From: Schizochytrium sp. TIO01
Lineage: Eukaryota > Protista > Bigyra: Labyrinthulomycetes
Direction of reading: 5' to 3'
DNA: 64,000 nt
Assembly: GCA_004764695.1 (NCBI GenBank)
Contig: SMSO01000036.1
Coordinates: forward strand, 124,001-188,000
Shown here: one piece after another, positions 60,301-64,000 of the stretch
How positions within the stretch are numbered: the first letter of the stretch is position 1
Layout: the number at the start of each line of letters is the position of its first letter
Translations under genes and position numbers: made by a program
The notes under the pieces: model-generated
Databases searched by the model: none
The model's input: the letters and a program-made list of their open reading frames with translations, nothing else
Told to the model about the DNA's origin: nothing

Positions 60301-61120
60301 GCATGCTGAAAATGTCGCCAATAATGTACCCCGTGTGGACAGTGTGAAACCCCGAGCTACTTTGCCTCACACAATGTCATATGTTGCTAGCAGCGCTGAA
60401 CTCGCTGACATGTTCCAAGGTCAAGATACCATGCTCTCCTCAACGCCTTCACCAGCAACAATCCCCCCGTCTGCATCAGCCGGCCCGCCGATGGATCCGC
60501 GGCACATACCTCCTACTTCTCCTGCTCGTGAACTTGATACTGACATGGATGATGATGACTTTGCCAATGAAGATGATGCTGAAAGTGACTTTGGCGGCGA
60601 CATTGGTCAAGATCATGGCTACACCTTTGGTGATGACGATGATGATGATGATGCTGCCAATGGTGGTCCTTCTGGCGGTTATAAGAAGAACCTCAATCGC
60701 AGTACTGACGATGAGGGCGATAATGAACACACGGACGACGATGATGATGAAGGGCGTTATGGACAGGACAACCGCGTGGTGCGAGAATCATCCAATGGCG
60801 AACTGGTTGTTGTGGAAGATGGCAAGCGCAGATTGAATTCAGGAAGCCGCATGGCGTCTTCCAATGGCTCGCGATATAGTACCGATACGCTGGATTCAGC
60901 CTTCCATAAAGTCATCTTTGCGCCTGAAGAAGCTTCAGAAGTCCCTGCCAACAAGCGCCCACAGAGCGTCAAAAGCACGCCTTCACGTCGACCCAAGAGC
61001 GAATCCCAGGATGAGAGGAACCGCTTAGACGGCCATGATTTTACCAATGAAAACATCAAGCTGTTGTTGGCAGGACTTGCCGGAGCCTCTTTTACCTATG
61101 TGTTTCTGAAGTCAAGATAA
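57365..61120 (+). CDS. Trehalose-6-phosphate synthase/phosphatase-fold protein (GT20 + HAD TPP) with an acidic C-terminal extension and tail TM, 1251 aa
   Basis: GT20 motifs ILWPTFH, WVHDYHL, FLHVPFPSSEIFR, ADHIGF and ILSEFSAC..VNP; TPP motifs LDYSGTL, LIAENG and FGDDNEDE; terminal hydrophobic LLLAGLAGASFTYVFL followed by KSR. Confidence 0.93.
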   Translation: MPYRSSLGPTMEDEAPQRRPRLIICSNVLPVILTKNEQTGIWSAEFDTKSLFEDGPMYVGLRNVDPNTQVLYIGVPRAFIPDGDRGQVTTLLANMGCYPVYCDPVRAHNHFQGYCKGILWPTFHNVIDLYARAGKGSKVFEDSTQPDPEHQSSSKPDQNWAPARSWSPMEAEACWPDYCAMQGLFSRKAVEIYSEGDTLWVHDYHLLVLPSYLIRRIPNAKIGLFLHVPFPSSEIFRTLATREEILRAMLCADHIGFDLYEYARHFLTACNRMLGLKYEPKKGGVLVLHNHGREISITCSHIGSHSSFVHRELESHEMQAMARRVALSQQTAGPIGGSMERRQMILGIDEVEGLRGLGLKLLAFDRLFRDYPYLRDRVFLRQIGLRLDSRPDDYNQCHDEVLGLIAHMQQKWGKHSVEYEERDSIDLAERLAIMQNADVYLNTSVRVGIDMLPFEYLMARRNPAGCVILSEFSACSRVLHGSLRVNPFKTSALAATIEEALSMSVAERTARCARDLEHIERNTLQAWASRMLEDINDAHNDTREPVTKFGGGFGTRLLIRANEVHKQQELDHVEFCESFKSSKRRIIILDYSGTLVETTSMNMYMKRGGTARTWHYENGGSRRPGGCLETRDPISDTTRGRLIDLCRNRSNVVVVMSSDLRDELAHALEGIPNLALIAENGFVFRAHPGARWVSAVDEEASGGGDWYGGNSTSGFYAAETEHRSTTSSAGGSGSAHTDTDSIGGDSSDAASLPDGAQHEIHGWQESIRNIMNKYSNRTNGSFVWESPSAVSFNYVLSDPDLGSLQASNLQLELEQVTISMPLTVESGKGAVTVRLRGVNRGTAVRELLAYLEMHPFTESDYSPDPKHADAHKSIDFLACFGDDNEDERAFSAVNKYRGQKTSHVTSFSVRVASSAHSKAKYFVHDTEEVTEILGALVEASTTHKIRRNFSQGGFGAENRNESSIMGNFRTKQSYVTLSQHAENVANNVPRVDSVKPRATLPHTMSYVASSAELADMFQGQDTMLSSTPSPATIPPSASAGPPMDPRHIPPTSPARELDTDMDDDDFANEDDAESDFGGDIGQDHGYTFGDDDDDDDAANGGPSGGYKKNLNRSTDDEGDNEHTDDDDDEGRYGQDNRVVRESSNGELVVVEDGKRRLNSGSRMASSNGSRYSTDTLDSAFHKVIFAPEEASEVPANKRPQSVKSTPSRRPKSESQDERNRLDGHDFTNENIKLLLAGLAGASFTYVFLKSR

Positions 61121-61597
61121 TTTACTAGATTTTTTTATCATTTCTCTTTTGCTCCTTTTATTACTTTCTAACTAAGCTTTCTTTCTTATCTTTGTTATTG
61201 GTTATGTTTTTCAGTTTAAAACCTTCCTTTATAAAGAGAAAGAAATCGCTGCCACTGCTGATGCTTTTCATTGTTTTGCAAAAGAAGAATCGCAAGTTGT
61301 TTTTTTTTTCGCATAATGTCGCCTCTTTGGCGTGCTATTCACTTTCTCTTGTAAATTCGATCAAACTTTTGCCTGAAATTTCGTCTGGAAAACGTAGACT
61401 CCTTGTCTGCTCAGTTAGTGTGGAATCGTAATTGCAGAATTTTGTTTAGAAATGACTTTTATGCATTTAAATTGCTACTTTGTCTACTTTGATCTGTGCT
61501 ATATCAGCATTCAGCAATGATCCAACTACTCCCCAGAGTGAAGTTGTGCGTAAGACATTTTTGCACCGAACGTGTTTCGTTTATTTTAGTTTACTAA

Positions 61598-62101
61598 CTA
61601 GAGCTTAGCAGTCACCGTTGTAGATGTATGTTGATCATCTGAAAGCTCTTCGAGGAGGTCCGAAACTTGCTTGAACTGGCTTATATGCATAGCAGACGCA
61701 TGGACGCCCTCCAGGCGCATCGGCCAGCTGATACAGTGCATGTGCAGTTGCATTTGGGTGTTGAAAGGCGGTGTCATAAATCCATAAAACACCTGAAGCT
61801 CCCCACCGCCCTGTTGTTTGATTACCTCTTGGCCCACCTCATACATATGCTGTACCAGCGGAAGGTCAGTCTTCTTTAGTGAAGTCCACGCACGAATTCG
61901 TCTCTTGGGAATTACCAGATAATGGTGGTCTGCTGCTGGGAACTTGTCTTTAATCACAATGAGTGAGTCGTCTTCATATAGAGGATCTACAGGAAGCATC
62001 CCGTCCAGCATCATTACAAACACATTTGGTTTGAGTTGGCAAAGTGCCCAGTTCACCCAGACCGTTGTTAAGGTCGTGTAGTGCGAGACGACAGAGCCCA
62101 T
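61598..62101 (-). CDS. HIT-family (HINT3/aprataxin-like) nucleotide hydrolase, 167 aa
   Basis: Motifs LYEDDSLIVIKDKFPAADHHYLVIPKRRI and YGFMTPPFNTQMQLHMHCI (HIT motif with the first His replaced by Gln). Confidence 0.88.
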   Translation of the reverse strand: MGSVVSHYTTLTTVWVNWALCQLKPNVFVMMLDGMLPVDPLYEDDSLIVIKDKFPAADHHYLVIPKRRIRAWTSLKKTDLPLVQHMYEVGQEVIKQQGGGELQVFYGFMTPPFNTQMQLHMHCISWPMRLEGVHASAMHISQFKQVSDLLEELSDDQHTSTTVTAKL

Positions 62102-64000
62102 CGCACACAGAATCGCCTTCTCAGTCTCTTCCTAGATACGTAAAAGACCTTTGGATCACTTATTGCGCAAGAGTGTCTATCGTTTGCCTTGGTAAGTCTA
62201 CCTATGACGTCAATCGCGATTTGTTGGAGCTCTGGTGTCTCAGAAGACGGATTCGTCGAGAGCGCTCATTGACGGGTTTGAGCATTCAATTTTTAGTTTT
62301 CTCAGATTTAGGCAAAAACTGCTAGTATGTATTATTGGTTTATATAATGTGTTTTGGCCTTTATTTTTTATAATTCGAAGAGTACTTTAGCAGTAGACTA
62401 TAGTGCATGTCATTTCCCCTACAAGATCATTACACGTGAGGACAGCTTATGTTCTCCCTCTTCCAAGAAATAACGCAAAAAAATTCACTCGTTGGTGTTG
62501 CTGCGCAGATCTTCACTTCTGAGAGCGCAGTTTAGTATCCCTCCATCATCTTTTCAATTCCTAACTTCGCTCCTTTTTTTTCATCTTTTTGCCCACGTAA
62601 TTTTTAATATTTATTTATTCATAATCAATTCTTGACTCTTATTTTAATTAGAATAAATGAATAAATATATATATAAATATACATATATATAAGTAATGAA
62701 TACAGGTGCAAACTCTACCGGTGGTGGCTGCAAGACTAACCCCCTCCAGAAGTACTTCCTTTTTGGACAAGGTCGAGTCTTTGGAGATTTTGCAGTAAAA
62801 GCTGTAGGTCCAACTAGTTCGGCAAATTTCGTCAAAGAAGAAACTGAACGGTTATACATACTTACTTCCTTACTAACTGTCTTATTTCAAGCGCCGAGTT
62901 TGCAGTGGTTACTATCTGTTGCACACACTAATTACATCCATTTTGTTCTCCACGCTCCAGGCCACTCGACCTAGCTGCTGTCACAAAGCTTCAGGAACAG
63001 CACTGGCAGCGGCCTGATGTTGATCACCGTTGCAAATACTAATCAAGAAACTGTTGCAACGAAAATCATGCATTCAAGTGTTGTCACTTTTGACTAGCTG
63101 CTTCGAGCAGCAAAGAACGAAAACTCGATCGACGCCCTAAAGCGCGGAGATATCAAGTGGGGGAACTTGAATAGTGGCACCTCTGCTGATATGGGGAACC
63201 TGCTTCAAGGGACGGAATCCAACTTCAGGTAGATGAGACCGCGTAATGTAACTAGCTAACCTGCGGCCACGCTGCAACCACAAATGTCCGTTGAAAGCGA
63301 CGACCTAGATAAACTAGCACACAGTAGGCCTAGTACAGACAATAGATAAAAGCCTCTGCAAGAATATGAACGATCCAGAAGTGGAGCTGTCAGTGGTGTC
63401 TCTCATGCTCACTGACCAGAACCACGCCGCAGTATTTCAAGACGAACTCAGAGATTGATCCCACTAGCGAACCTTTCCTGCCAGGACATCCTGCTTTCAA
63501 TTGAGGTCAGCAAGCTTGGCGCTTCGGACCTTGTACTCGCGGTGCTGCGATTCATGTGGCCACTGGCGGTCCGAAGGCGCTGCGCTCATGCACGTTTAAC
63601 GTTCACAAAGGAAACCCGAACACAAACTTGCAATAGGAGTGGGGACGCTAGCCAGACCGGCCGCCCGCCAGCTCTCTTCACGCAATTCTGTTGTGTAGAA
63701 CCATCAGTAAATCACCGAAGTTGAAAAACAAGTGAGTAGGGGCTGTTGTAAAAGCAAATTGAGATCTCCTGAGGGTGCCTTATTCAATCGCAAGCTTTGG
63801 ACACGTGGCCTCGCGCAAGGCAACAACACATCCGAGTTTTCGGATATGGCTGGAAGGCTGAAATTGGGGTTGGCTGATGGCTTCTTAGGTGAGCATCACG
63901 AATTAGCAAATGAAGACGAGAAGGAGCAGTCTATGCCTAGTCACCGAAGTTTCGAAAGGGGGGACTCATGTCGTTCTTCATGTGAACCACATTTCATTCG

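Noticed and set aside
1-64000. tRNA, rRNA, snRNA, transposase/RT or viral genes; a functional gene cluster
   Set aside because: No recognisable motifs by eye (tRNAscan/Infernal not run); the neighbouring genes have unrelated functions

Overview
Eukaryotic, intron-poor protist DNA. Gene content and style suggest a stramenopile, probably a thraustochytrid/labyrinthulomycete; this is inference, not a database result. Nine protein-coding loci are separated by long microsatellite-rich spacers: an O-fucosyltransferase (POFUT-type), an animal-type sulfite oxidase, a membrane-anchored Janus/PHPT1-domain protein, a multi-TM class I cyclic-nucleotide phosphodiesterase, MEMO1, a C2-C2 metacaspase, a SHAQKYF-class Myb, a TPS/TPP-fold trehalose-phosphate protein and a HINT3-like HIT protein. 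No rRNA, tRNA, CRISPR array or intact mobile element was seen. Main observations: (1) The PDE and the metacaspase each end at a stop codon while the protein-like sequence continues in the +1 frame (CUA-UGA-C and GUC-UAA-A). This could be stop-associated +1 recoding, a 103-nt cryptic intron (PDE only) or single-base indels. (2) The PHPT1 domain sits on a type II membrane protein with added cysteines, which suggests a lumenal or extracellular location. (3) The TPS/TPP protein has substituted catalytic residues in both domains and a C-terminal tail anchor. (4) TpA-rich, ApT-poor islands recur upstream of genes.
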